Shown one piece after another: positions 41,199 through 53,218 of a DNA stretch of 64,000 bases. How positions within the stretch are numbered: the first letter of the stretch is position 1; each line of letters begins with the position of its first letter. The DNA is from Camelus ferus (taxonomy: Eukaryota). The stretch covers positions 95,606,001-95,670,000 of the forward strand of contig NC_045697.1 in assembly GCF_009834535.1 (NCBI RefSeq). Direction: 5' to 3'. A program made the position numbers and the translations under genes. The notes under the pieces are model-generated. The model was given only the letters and a program-made list of their open reading frames with translations, made no database searches and was not told where the DNA came from.

Positions 41199-44100
41199 TT
41201 TTATTTTTTGAAGTATATTTGATTTACAATGTTAGTCTCAAGTGTACAGCATGATTCATTTATACATATACATATATATTCTTTTACAGATTCATTTCCA
41301 TTATAGGTTATTACAAGATACTGAACATAGTTCCTTGTGCTATACAGTAGGTCTTTATCATTTATCTATTTTACATATAGAAGTGTGCATATGTTAATCC
41401 CAAACTCCTAATTTCCCCCCAACACACGTCCCTTTGCCCTTTGTTAAGTATACTTCGTTTTCTGTGTAAGTCCATTTCTGGTTTGTAAATCAGTTCATTT
41501 ATATCATTTTTTTAGATTCCATATATGAGTGATATCATATAATATTTGTCTCTCTGATTTACTTTACCTAATATGATAATCTCTAGGTCCATATATGTTG
41601 CTGCAAATGATATTATTTCATTTTTTATGGCTAAGTAATGTTGTGTATATTTATAGGAGGGTGTGTGTGTGTACATATGTATATATATATACACCACATC
41701 TTCTTTATCCATTCATATGTCAGTAGATATTTAGGTCGCTCTATTTTCTTGGCTGTTATAAATAGTGCTTTACGAATATTGGGGTGCATATGTCTTTCCA
41801 AGTTAGAGTTTTCTCCAGATAAAGTCCCAGGGGTGGGATTGCTGGATCATATGTTAATCCTATTTTTAGTTTAAGGAGTCTCCATACTACTCTCCAGGGC
41901 GGCTGCACCATTTTACACTCTCACCAACAGTATAGGAGGGTTACCTTTTCTCTATACCTCTCCACCATTTCTCCTTTGTAGACTTTTTAATGATGGCCAT
42001 TCTGACTGGTGTTAGGGTGATACCTCATTGTAGTTTTGATTTGCATTTCTCTGATACTTAGAGATAATGAGCATCTTTTCATGTGCCTGTTGCCAAGCTG
42101 TATGTCTTCTTGGGCAGAAGACCTACATAGATATTTCTCCAATATTTTGATTGAGTTGTTTGGTTTTTTGTTTTGGATAAGCTGCATTAGCTATTTGTAT
42201 ATTTTGGAAATTAATCCCTCGTCATTCTCATTATTTGCAAATATCTTTCCTCATTCCGTAGGTTGTTTTTTCATTTCATATTTGGTTTCCTTTGCTGTGC
42301 AAAAGCCTTTAAGTTTAATTAGGTCCCATTTACTTATTTTTTTGCTTTTATTTTCATTACTCTAGGAGACAGATCAAAAAAAAAATATTGCTGCAATTTA
42401 TGTCAAGGAGTGTTTTTGCCTGTGTTTTCTTTTAGACCTTTTGTAGTATCTGGTATTACATTTATTTATGTCTTTTATCCGTTTTGAGTTTACTTTTGTA
42501 TATGGTGTTTTAGAATGTTCTAGTTTTATTCTTTTATGTGTAGCTGTCCAATTCTCCAGCACCACTTATTGGAGACTCTCTTCTCTATTATATATTCTTA
42601 CCTCCTTTGTCATAGATTAAATGACCATAAGTGTGTGGGTTTATTTTGGGGCTTTCTATATTGTTCCATTGAGCTATGTGTCTATTTTTGTGCCTGTACC
42701 ATACTGTTTTGATTACTGTAGCTTTGTAGGATAGTCTGAATTCAGGGAGCATGATTGCTTCAGCTGCATTCTTCTTTCTCAAGATTGTTTTGGCTATTCA
42801 AGTTCTTCTGTGTTTCCATACAAATTTTAACATTTTTTGTTTCAATTCTTTGAGAAATGCCATTGGTAATTTGATAAGGATTACATTGAATCAGTAGATT
42901 GCCTTGGGCAATATGGCCATTTTAAGAATATTCATTTTTCCACTCCAAAAACATGGTAAATCTTTTCATCTGTTAGTGTTATCTTCAGTTTCTTTCATCA
43001 ATGTCTTAATAGTTTTTGGAGTACAGGTCTTTTTCCTCCCTAGGTAGGTTTATTCCTAGATATTTTATTCTTTTTGCTGTGATGATAAATGGGATTGTTT
43101 CCTCAATTTCTTTTTCTGATATTTCATTGTTAGTGTATGGATTAATTTTGTATCCTGTAACTTTACTGAATTCATTGATCAGCTCTAGTAGTTTTCTGGT
43201 AGTGTGTTTAGGATCTTCTATGTACAGTGTCATGTCATCTGCAGAGTGACAGTTTTTAATACTTTTCCAATTTGGACTTCTTTTTCTTTTCTCTTCCTCC
43301 ATGATTGCTGCAGCTAGGACTCCCAAAACTATGCTGAATAAAAGTGAGAGTGGGCATCCTTGTCTTGTTCCTGATCTTGGTGGAAATGGTTTTAGCTTGT
43401 CACCATTGAGTGTGATGTTAGCTGTAGGTTTGTCATACATGGCCTTTATTATGTTGAGGTATGCTCCTGTATGCCCACTCTCTGGAGTTTTGTTTATCAT
43501 CAGTGGATTTTGACTTTTATCAAAAGCTTTTCTGCATCTACTGAGATGATCGTATCATTTTTATTCTTCAGTTTGTTAATGTGGTGTATCACATTGATTG
43601 ACTTGCAGATATTGAAAAATCCCTGCATCCCTGGGATAAATTCCACTCAATCATGATGTATGATTCTTTTAATGCACTGTTGGAGTCAATTTGCTGGTAT
43701 TTTGTTGACGATTTTTGCATCTATATTCATAAGTGATATTGGCCTGTCATTTTTTTGGTGGTATCTTTGTCTGGTTTTGGTATCAGGATGATTATGGCCT
43801 GACAGAATGAGTTTGGAAGCATTCCTTCCTCTGTAATTTTTTGAAATGGTGTGAGAAAGATAGGCGTTAACTCTATCTTTGGTAGAATTCCTCTGTGAAG
43901 CCATCTAGTCCTGGAATTTTGTTCGTTGGGTGTTTTTTAATTACTGATTCAATTTTTATTACTGATAATTGGTCTATTCATATTTTGTGTTTTTTTGCTG
44001 GCTCAGTCTTGGCAAACTGTACCCTTCTAAGAAATTGTCCATTTCTTCTATGTGTCCTTTTTGTTGGCATGTAGTTGCTCATAGTAGCCTCTTATCCCTT

Positions 44101-47068
44101 GTATTTCTGTGGTGTTGGTCATAACTTCTCCTTTTTCATTTGTGATTTTTTTTTTTTAATTTGAGGCATCTACTTTTATCTTGATGAGTCTTACTAAAGG
44201 TTTTTCAATTTTGTTTTTCTTCTCAAAGAACCAGCTTTTAGTTTCATTGAAATTTTCTATTGCTTTTTTAGCCTCTGTTTCATTTATTTTTGCTCTAATC
44301 TTTGATTTATTTTCTTCTAACTTTGGGTTTTGTTGTTCTTTCTCTAGGTGATTTAGGTCTAAGGTTAGGTTGGTTATTTGAGATTTTGCTTGTTTCCTGA
44401 GGTGGGCTTGTATTACTATAAACTTCCCTCTGAGAACTGCTTTTCCTGTGTCCCAGAGGTTTTGGATCATTGTTTTTGTTTTCATTTGTCTCAAAGTATT
44501 TTTTGATTTCCTCTTAGATTTCTTCACTGACCTGTTGGTTGTTCAGTAGCATATTGTTTTGCCATGTATGACAAATCCATGGCTAACATCACACTCAGTG
44601 GTGACAAACTAAAACCATTTCCACCAAGATCATTTTTTTTTTTAACAGTTTTTTCTTTGTAGTTGATTTCTAACCTTATAGTGTTGTGTCAGAAAAGATG
44701 CTTGGTACAATTTCAATTTTCTTAAATTTACTGAGTCTAGCTTTGTGGACTGGCATGTGGTCAGTTCTGGAGAATGTTCCTTATGAACTTGAGAAGAATG
44801 TGTATTCTATTGCTTTTGGATGGAATCCTCTATAGATATCCTTAAGTCCATCTGGTCTAATGGGTCATTTAGGGCCTGTATTTCCTTACTGATTTTCTGT
44901 CTGGATGATTTGTCCCTTAATGTAAGTGGGGTGTTAAGGTCCCCCATCATTACTGTGTTTTTGTCGATTTCTTCTTTTATGTCTGTTAACAATTGCCTTA
45001 TACATGGAAGTGTTCCGATGTTGAGTACATAAATATTTACAATTGTTATATCCTCTTCTTGGATTGATCCCTTAAGCATTATGTAGTGTCCTTCTTTGTC
45101 TTTTGTAACAGTTTTTATTTTAAAGCCTATTTTGTTTGATATAAGTATTGGTACTTCAGCTTTCTTTTGGTTTATGTTTGCATGGAATATCTTTTTCCAT
45201 CCCCTTAATTTCAGCCTGTATGTGTGTCTAGCTCTGAAGTGGGTCTCTTGTAGACAGAATATATATGGGTCTTGTTTTTGTATCCATTTAGCCAGTCTGT
45301 GTCTTTTGTTTGGAGCATTTAATCTATTTACATTTAAGGCAATTATCAATATGTATGTTTTTATTGCCATTTTGTTGATAGTTTTGGGTTTGTTTTTGTA
45401 GTTCCTTTTTTTCCCTATTCTTTTTGCTCTATTTTCTTGTGTTTTGATGACTAGAAAATTTCTTTTAACATTTGCTGTAAAGCTGGTTTGGTGGTGATGA
45501 ATTCTCTTAGCTTTTATCTATCTGTGAAGCTTTTGATTTTTCCATCAATTCTGAATGAGAGCCTTGCTGGATAGAGTATTCTTGGTTGTAAGTCTTTCCT
45601 TTTCATCACTTTAAATATATAGTGTCACTCCTTTGTGGCCTGTAGTTTCTACTGAAAAATCAGCTGATAAATTTATGGGAGTTCCCTTGTATATTATTTG
45701 TTGCTTTTTTTGGGCAATTTTAATATTTTCTCCTTACCCTTATTTTTGTCAGTTTGATTACTGTGTGCCTTGGTGTGTTCCTTTTTGGGTTCATCCTGTG
45801 TAGAACTCTCTGCACTTCCTGGACTTAGGTGACTGTTTCCTAAATTAGGGAAGTTTTTGGCTTATTATCTCTTCAAAAATGCTCTCAGGCTCTTATTCTC
45901 TCTCCTCTTTCTGGGACCCCATAATGTGAATATTAGTGTGCTTAATGTTGTCCCAGAGCTCTCTTAAACTATCCTCATTTCTTTTCATTCTTTTTTCTTT
46001 TCTTCTGTTCTGCAATAGCGATTTCCACTAATCTGTCTCCCAGCTCACTGATCCATTCTTCTGCCTAATTTAGTCTATTCTTGGTTCCTTCTAGCATGTT
46101 ATTCATCTCAATCATTTTATTTAACTTTATATATTCCAACTTTTTGCTAAAAACTTCACTCTGTGCATCTATACTCCTTGAGTTTTCTGAACATCTTGGT
46201 AATCATTACTTTAAACTGTTTCTCAGATAAATTGCCTATTTCCTCATCACTTATTTCTTCTTCTAGGATTTTATCTTGTGCCTTGGCCTCAAAGATATTC
46301 CTTTTCCACATCATATTGTCTATCTTTCTATTTGTATTTTTAGGTAGGTTAGTTACTTTCTCAGCCTTGGAGAAGTGGCCCTCTGTAGGAGACATCCTAT
46401 GTGACCCAGCTGAACACTCCTCTCTTGTCACCCAAGGGCGAGGGTCCAGCTGGTCCCAATCCCTTTGTGGATTCCTTCCACAGGTTTTGGGATTGCTGTT
46501 TTCTTATTTCTGGTATATGCCCCCTGGCATATGAGGCAGGACTAGAGGCTTATGCAGGTTTCCTGGCAGGAGGAATTGGTGCCTGCCCACTGCTAGGTGG
46601 AGCTTGGTCCTGGACCTCTGGTGGGTTGGGCCATGTTTAGAGATATCTGTTTCTCAGGAAGTCTGCTGATGAATGGGGCTGTGTTCCCACCCAATATGTT
46701 ATTTGGCTTGAGGCTTCCCAACCGTTAAGCCTACAGGCTGTTGGGTGGGGCTAGGTTTTGGTGTTTAATGATCTAATCAAGGTGTCAGCCTCCAGGAAGC
46801 TCACCTCACAGATAAACACTCCCAGAATCTCCACCACCAGCTTTTATGTTCCCTGGGTGAGCCACAGCTGTCCCCCACCTCCCCAAGAGAATGAAATCTC
46901 TGTTTCCCCTAGCCCCATGGGGCTCCTGGAGTTAAGCCCCACTGGCTTTCAAAACCAGATATCCTGGGGTCTCCTCCCAATGCCAGAATCCTGGGCTGGG
47001 GAGCCTGACATGGGGATCAGAACTCTCATTCCTATGGAGGGGAGGGTGGCTCTCTGTGACTTTAACTG
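41199..47068 (-). mobile_element. L1 copy B: near full length (5'UTR, ORF1, ORF2, 3'UTR), inactivated
   Basis: GC-richer 5'UTR ~46380-47068; ORF1-like EIGNLSEKQFKVMITKM; ORF2 start MAIKTYILIIALNVNRLNAP at 45370; RT motifs GTRQGCPLS and ADDM; 3' end at 41199. Confidence 0.95.
41660..45370 (-). pseudogene. Frameshifted L1 ORF2 (endonuclease/reverse transcriptase)
   Basis: Split over ORFs 44807-45370, 44156-44527, 43686-43904, 43006-43500, 42588-42782 and 41987-42187. Confidence 0.92.
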
Positions 47069-47278
47069 AAATTGCTTTCTTATTTATGTCAATTTTAAAG
47101 TGTTGTTTCATGTTATTATATATTTTCTAGATAATAACTCAAATATTGGAATCTTATTTAATAAGTTAGAGATTCAAATTTTCTTACAAAATTTAATAAT
47201 TTAAATTTAATCATGATTATTTTCTTAAATGTCTTAAAGTGAGATGAGAATGTTTGTGGTCACTCACTATCATTAGCC

Positions 47279-49740
47279 ATGTAAATGAATACCTGAAGAT
47301 TCTTATATATCATTATCTTAGCAGAAACATGGTTGAATATGTAAACTGTTAGTAATTTTTTGTCATCTATTTTATTTTCTTAATTTTCTTCTTGTTCCAA
47401 TGACTTTTTGAGGTTTATTAAAATAGAGCTGAGCTAGACACACTGGAAAACTTAAATTGAATAAAATTGAACTGCTAAATTTATACCACCAAAATGATGG
47501 TTATTATATAACTCCATGGATTTTTCTTTGAAAAATATTGGCAGACTTGAAAGTAAACATTAGCTATACAGAGAAATGCCTTTATAATTCCACAAATGAT
47601 AATTATAATCATCTGTAAAGTAATCCTAGAATTGGTGATTTTATGAGACCGTCTCTCTCTACTTCAAAGATCTCATGTCTAACTTACTCCCTTTTTCTTC
47701 AGTAATTAGATAACCTGAGAGTTTGTCATTCTCTCTGTAAGCTAACAAGAGTTAAATGTTAACTTCAGTAAAGAAGTCATTGTTTTTGATGAGGAAACAA
47801 AATAATCTAACATGTGCAAAACCCTAAGAAACCATGTCACTAATAGCATTTTAAAATTTACCTAATTTGTTGAGAAAAAAACATTTCAATAATTGCAAAA
47901 CACTATGCAAAGGTGTCTTCACTCACTATAGAGATCCTATATAATACTTCCGGGTAGAGGTCTTTTATAAAAGTCTGATACACATTTGCTCTTTGAAATA
48001 GAGACATAAGTATTTGAATCGGGTTCACTTAGTTTCCCAGTGTGGATGATCAATAATCAAATATAAATATTAAATGTCATGACCCAAGTCTTTACTTTAT
48101 AAAGTTGTTGTACAATGAACTGAGAAAGTGCTTTACAGACTTAAAAATATTGTATAACATGTATATTTTGCTTATTTTAAAAAGTTATGTCTATCTGAAA
48201 TTTGCACATTTCTCTTTTGCCTTTCTTCTCTAGACTCCCTGCAGTGTTTCAGAGTGGCTGAACTTAAAATTCTGTGCTCAAAGAGATCTTTAAATTGTCT
48301 TCTGTTGCACAAATACTAATGTATAATGCAGAAGGCTTACAAAACCTCAAAGAATTTCAAAATCACTGCACTGACAGTGGAGTGGGTTATAAAGTATACC
48401 TGTTGCCTTTAGCTACTAATAAGAAAATCCTTTTTACTTGGTTTAAATAGGTGCCTCATTTGAGGGCAATTCATCAGACTTAAGGATCAGGACAGACAAA
48501 GGTGCTATGGCAGCTTGATGACCTGGAGCAGTGCTTGCAGGATGGATGGGCTCCCCTTGAGTTGTTTCTGTTTGTTCCATTTGAGTTCACTACCTACCCA
48601 TTTCTGAAAAAGGACCGTAAAACAATATAAAGATGGAGAAGAATGTGAAAGATCAACTGGCAGGCTCCTTTTTATTTGACCCTGTATTTTTAACCTATAA
48701 CCCAATTTATGATGATTACTAAAGAAAATAAAGATGTCCAGGACTTGAAGGTACATTTTTCTTTGTATGTAATGATTGATAAGCAAATTAAATTAAATCT
48801 ACCATAGAAAGAGTATATTAGCATAATTCTAACAGCTTAACAGAAACTTTTTTAAAAAAAAATTTGTTCCAACAGTAGTTGAAATTTCTCTTAACACAAT
48901 TACACGTTTGAATATGTGAAATGTTTTATCATGAAGACCTCCTTTAAAGGGGATGAATTTAAATGACTACAGCTTTAGGAGAAAGGCCTAAAGTTAAAGA
49001 TAATAATTTTTACTTCATTAAAGGAAGATGGCTAGAGGATCTTCCTTTGGTAATATAAAGAAAAGGATAAATAAGAAGATAGGTTTAGGATTCAGGTATA
49101 AAATATAAAATTTCTGATAACAATTTAATATGTGTACTCTTCTTCCATAGGATCTTTTTTTCTTTTGGAAGAACAAAACTTACTTCACTCTAGGTAAGTC
49201 CCATGTTATAATAATTTCCTCCTGCTCTCTAAACAACTTTGACTTCAGTTTTGTGCTCAATAAATGCTATTAGTGTTTTAATACTACTCATCCTTCAATG
49301 ATTCATAAAGATATATAAAAATACTATCAAATATTCAATTATGAAATCTAACATTGTATTTTAAGCAAATTACAGATAATAGATGTGCATCTACTTGTAG
49401 GTATAGCTATACAGATGATAATGATACTTATAATTAATTATATTAATTGATTACCTAATACATTCCAGGCATTGTTCCAGCTAATGGGAATAAAGACGAT
49501 GAACTACTCGCCTTCTTGAAGCACATTCATAACACTGTATCAGTGAACACAAACTACTTAAAAGCTGAATTTGCTGCTTCCAGTATACAACAAACCTGGC
49601 AAAAAGGTACTATTAATTTTGTACATAAATAAGAACACACAAGCTATGTCTTGTTTTCAGGATTATTTACATTGTTATAGAAGAGGCCAAGATTCAAAAC
49701 TGTTCATACAGAAATTTATCTTTACACATTTGAAAATATT
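47279..49740 (+). pseudogene. Dynein AAA4-region pseudo-exons (including 48234-48393, 49151-49193, 49481-49606)
   Basis: SLCKLTRV; FRVAELK..LLL; VPHL; DLFFFWKNKTYFTL (cttccatag...GTAAGT) splices in phase 1 to (A)NGNKDDELLAFLKHIHNTVSVNTNYL (cf. DWFxxWP..AL..VA and IHxSV). Confidence 0.7.
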
Positions 49741-49964
49741 AACTTTGCTTTTAAATGAGTTAATATTCTTTGAGGCACATTTTATTTACATTTATATTAG
49801 TGGAATTGTGGAATTTATTACACAAAAGAAAAATCTACATGTTATCTCATAAAAGGTAACTGTAAAGAAGTAGAAAGGAGACAGAAAAGACAAATTTAAG
49901 CTAGAAAAAGGAAAGGATTTTTTTTTAACTAAAGTATATTTGAAAGCAATCTAAGAAATCTTTC

Positions 49965-50465
49965 TATAGCAGGCAAAACAAATTGTCATAAAACTGAGTG
50001 GTGCTTTAAAAAAGCAGCACAAATTTACTATTTTGGCGTTTTGTATGTAGGAAGTCTGGCACAGGTCTCCTTAGGCTAAAATCAAAATTTTGGCAGGTCA
50101 TTTCTTTCTGGAAGCAGTGGGAGAGAACTCATTTCCCTGCCTTTCCCAGCTTCCGTAGGTTTTCTACATTCTTGGCCCTTATCCCCCTTCCTCCATCTTC
50201 AAAGCCGGCAGCATCTAATCTCTCTTGGATCTGTCTTGGGTAGTTACCTCTCCCTCTGACCACAGCAGGATAGGTTCTCCAGTTTTCATCACTCATGTGA
50301 TCATATTGGGCCTATTTTGGTAATACAAAATACTTTCTCATCTTGAGATCCTTAGCTTAATCACGTTTTTAAAGTCCATTTTGCCTTATAGGGACAGCCA
50401 CATTCATAGCTTCTAGAGACTGGGACTCAGATGTCTTTGGAAGGCTGTTATTCTGCCTACCACAG
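49965..50465 (-). mobile_element. MaLR MLT1 LTR
   Basis: ggctaaaatcaaaattttggcagg...tttccctgcctttcccagctt...tattctgcctaccaca. Confidence 0.8.
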
Positions 50466-51899
50466 AATTATGTAGCCTCCTCTCTGTATTGACAAATAAG
50501 AAAAGTATATTACCAATTCATAAAATTATTTCTTCTAAGTAATTTGATAAATGAATGACAAAGAGAATCAGGATTTAAGTTATTAATTGAATGCATTTTA
50601 GTGTTTTCAATAAATTTCTAACCTGGAAGGCATTCACATGAAACAGATCTACTTTAAATATTTGCCTTTTTTATATCTTCTTAATGAATAGTTAATTTTA
50701 TTGAAATGCATTCTTATTGTAAGCACTTAAAAATGTACACTACATCTGGTTAATGGTTTTTAATTTTCTCCTAAACCTACATTTTATCACTGCACTTCAA
50801 AGCTAAACACTATTAACAGCCTGATATGTATCTTTCAACATTCTTTCTTCATGCTTATGCAAAATATTCAGTTCATACATTATTCATTCTTTTTATACCT
50901 GCTCAACACTCCATAGTTTATATAGTAAAATTCTTTAAATATTCCCCTATTAATGAACATTCATATCATTTAGTGGTTATATTCTATAAAAGGGAATTGT
51001 TAATTAAAATTATATGTACTTAATTTAAAATTTTTCATAGATAAGAATTAACGGTAACTAATAATAATAAATAATATTTTTGGAAAAACAAAATCATAGT
51101 TATTACTCTTTTAAACAACTAAACAAATTAATAGAGGACATTTTGGTGCAAATCTATTGGGGCACTGAGAACAATCCTTTCTCCCTCCTTTCATTCTCTC
51201 TATACATACCTATTTTTAGTATAAGCTAGTGGGTTTTGGTTTCAAGAAATACAATCAAATTTTTTTAAAGATGAGGAATATATGAAGTATCTGTATTAAA
51301 ATGAAAAGCTGAACAACTCAGCATGGGGAAGGAACAAAATGAATCTTTTCTAGATGTTTTTATACAGCTGACTACAATACTTGTGTCTGTAATTAGCACA
51401 TAGACAGCTGATAAAAGGTAAATGATGACAGTGTAATGCCTAAGTGACAGTTGTGCCTAGGTAGTGTTTCTATGCAGTGGGAATAGGAATGACTGAAATA
51501 GAATACATTGTTGAGCAGGGAAGACTGTATTAGCAGCAGGAATACCTTTGCCAGTATCAAAAAATGAGCACCTGCACTCTGGAGACACTGAGATTGAAGT
51601 TTAAGATCTCAGTTCATTTCACCACCTCCCATGCACACCTGAAGAATAGAACCACTGGTGCGTAACTCCACTGCCTTCTACACTGTCAGTGCCCGCCAGC
51701 TACTCTGGTGAAAACGGTGCCTTTATTTTCATTTTGCTTTTTTTGGTGCATCTGAGATACTTGCCTGATCAGAGTTAATCTCAAAGTGTCAATGACTTTT
51801 TGTCAGTGCTGGGCTTAGGAAGTTGTATGGGCTTTAATTCATCTGCTCCAACTCTATTGTTCCATGTACTCTGTTACTTTTAGCACATAGATTTAGTAG

Positions 51900-52053
51900 A
51901 ACTTAACTTTTTAAAGAGCTTCTGGAGGGATTACAGCCCTGCTGCCATCTTGATTTCAGATTGATGACCTCCAGAACTTTGAGAGACTAAGTTGCTGTTG
52001 TTTTAAGCCACTAAGTTTGTGATAATTTGGTACCACAGCCACAGGAAACTAAC
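51900..52053 (+). mobile_element. MLT1 LTR 3' fragment
   Basis: cttgatttcagattgatgacctccagaac...ttttaagccactaagtttgtgataatttggtaccacagccacaggaaactaaca. Confidence 0.8.
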
Positions 52054-52812
52054 AGAATTTGCCTTAAAATTACAGAAGATACCTGACTAGCTTATTTAAG
52101 CCACAAGCTGGTAGGATAGCCTGCTTGAAAGACTTTTCACATATCCTGGAATAGAAGAAGGGTATTTCCCAGAAAGAATTCAGGGAGTACAAAAACAGGT
52201 GATAAACAAGACTCTGGGAAGATGAAATAAATAAGCAAATAGATGAAAGAGTTCTGCTGGTTTCATTGAAGAATTTCTAAGTTTTGATTATTAGCACTTG
52301 AAAATTAACATGGTTTTAGATGTGTCCTTCAGGAATACCTTATGCAAAGTGTGTAACAAAAACTAGTAGTATGGCCAAATCCTTACTATCTGAGCCATCT
52401 ATTTAAAAAGTACTTTATCACTTTACCCAAGAATTACTATAAAATATGTTTTATTACTTACTTACATATTTAAATGGTGTTTCTTTATCAACTTGGTTAC
52501 TTTACTAACCCAAAGTTTTGACATCTCTACAGTAGAGGATTTCCTCACAAGTGTCATGATCTTAGACTCACTATTCAAGGCAGTTATATTAGGTTAATCT
52601 CCAAGGAAGCTTTAAACAATTTTTTTATAGGTTTTGTTGCCTTTAATGATCCTGTGTTGCTTAAATTTAGTTGAAAAAAATGCTAGAAATTGGTGTTAAA
52701 TATTACTATAAGAATAATAGTTTCACACCTATCTTTTTCCAAGCTGTCTCTCACTCAACACTTACCAGGGTTAGGATCATTTGAATCTCCCATTTAAAAC
52801 AAAAAATCATCC

Positions 52813-52860
52813 AAAAGAATGTAAGTACCTCCTATAAAAAGAATGTAAGTACCTCCTATA
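52813..52860. repeat. Perfect 24-bp tandem duplication
   Basis: aaaagaatgtaagtacctcctata x2. Confidence 0.95.
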
Positions 52861-53218
52861 CTATTGTACTGATTACTACTCATTTAATAAATGTAGCTGA
52901 GGTCATAATATTTATTGTCAAGGGTGGTGTGAAAAACTTAAGAGTACACATATCTATTCACCCTCACAAATATTTCAGAGTATTCTTAATTGTATTACTT
53001 TAAAGCTTCCTCTTTTAAGTATAAAAGTATTTTGCCTTAAAGAAACAATTTATATTTTGATGTCTATTTAAGTGTAAACAAAAAATAATTCCAAAGCCAA
53101 TTTTCTCCAAAACTCATGTTAACAAAAAACATACTGGAGGGGAAAGGCACTGAAGCATAACCACAGGTATATAAACAAAATAATAAAATAGATATTTGCA
53201 ATATCAAAAGTTCTACAG

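Noticed and set aside
41199..47068. Potentially active full-length L1
   Set aside because: ORF1 and ORF2 are fragmented by many stops, frameshifts and an insertion.
15351..47069. Numerous hydrophobic + strand ORFs over L1s
   Set aside because: Antisense translations of T-rich L1 sequence, not membrane proteins.
48400..48786. Minus-strand exon-like segment and 93-aa ORF
   Set aside because: Stops in all spliced frames; antisense to the AAA4-region remnants.
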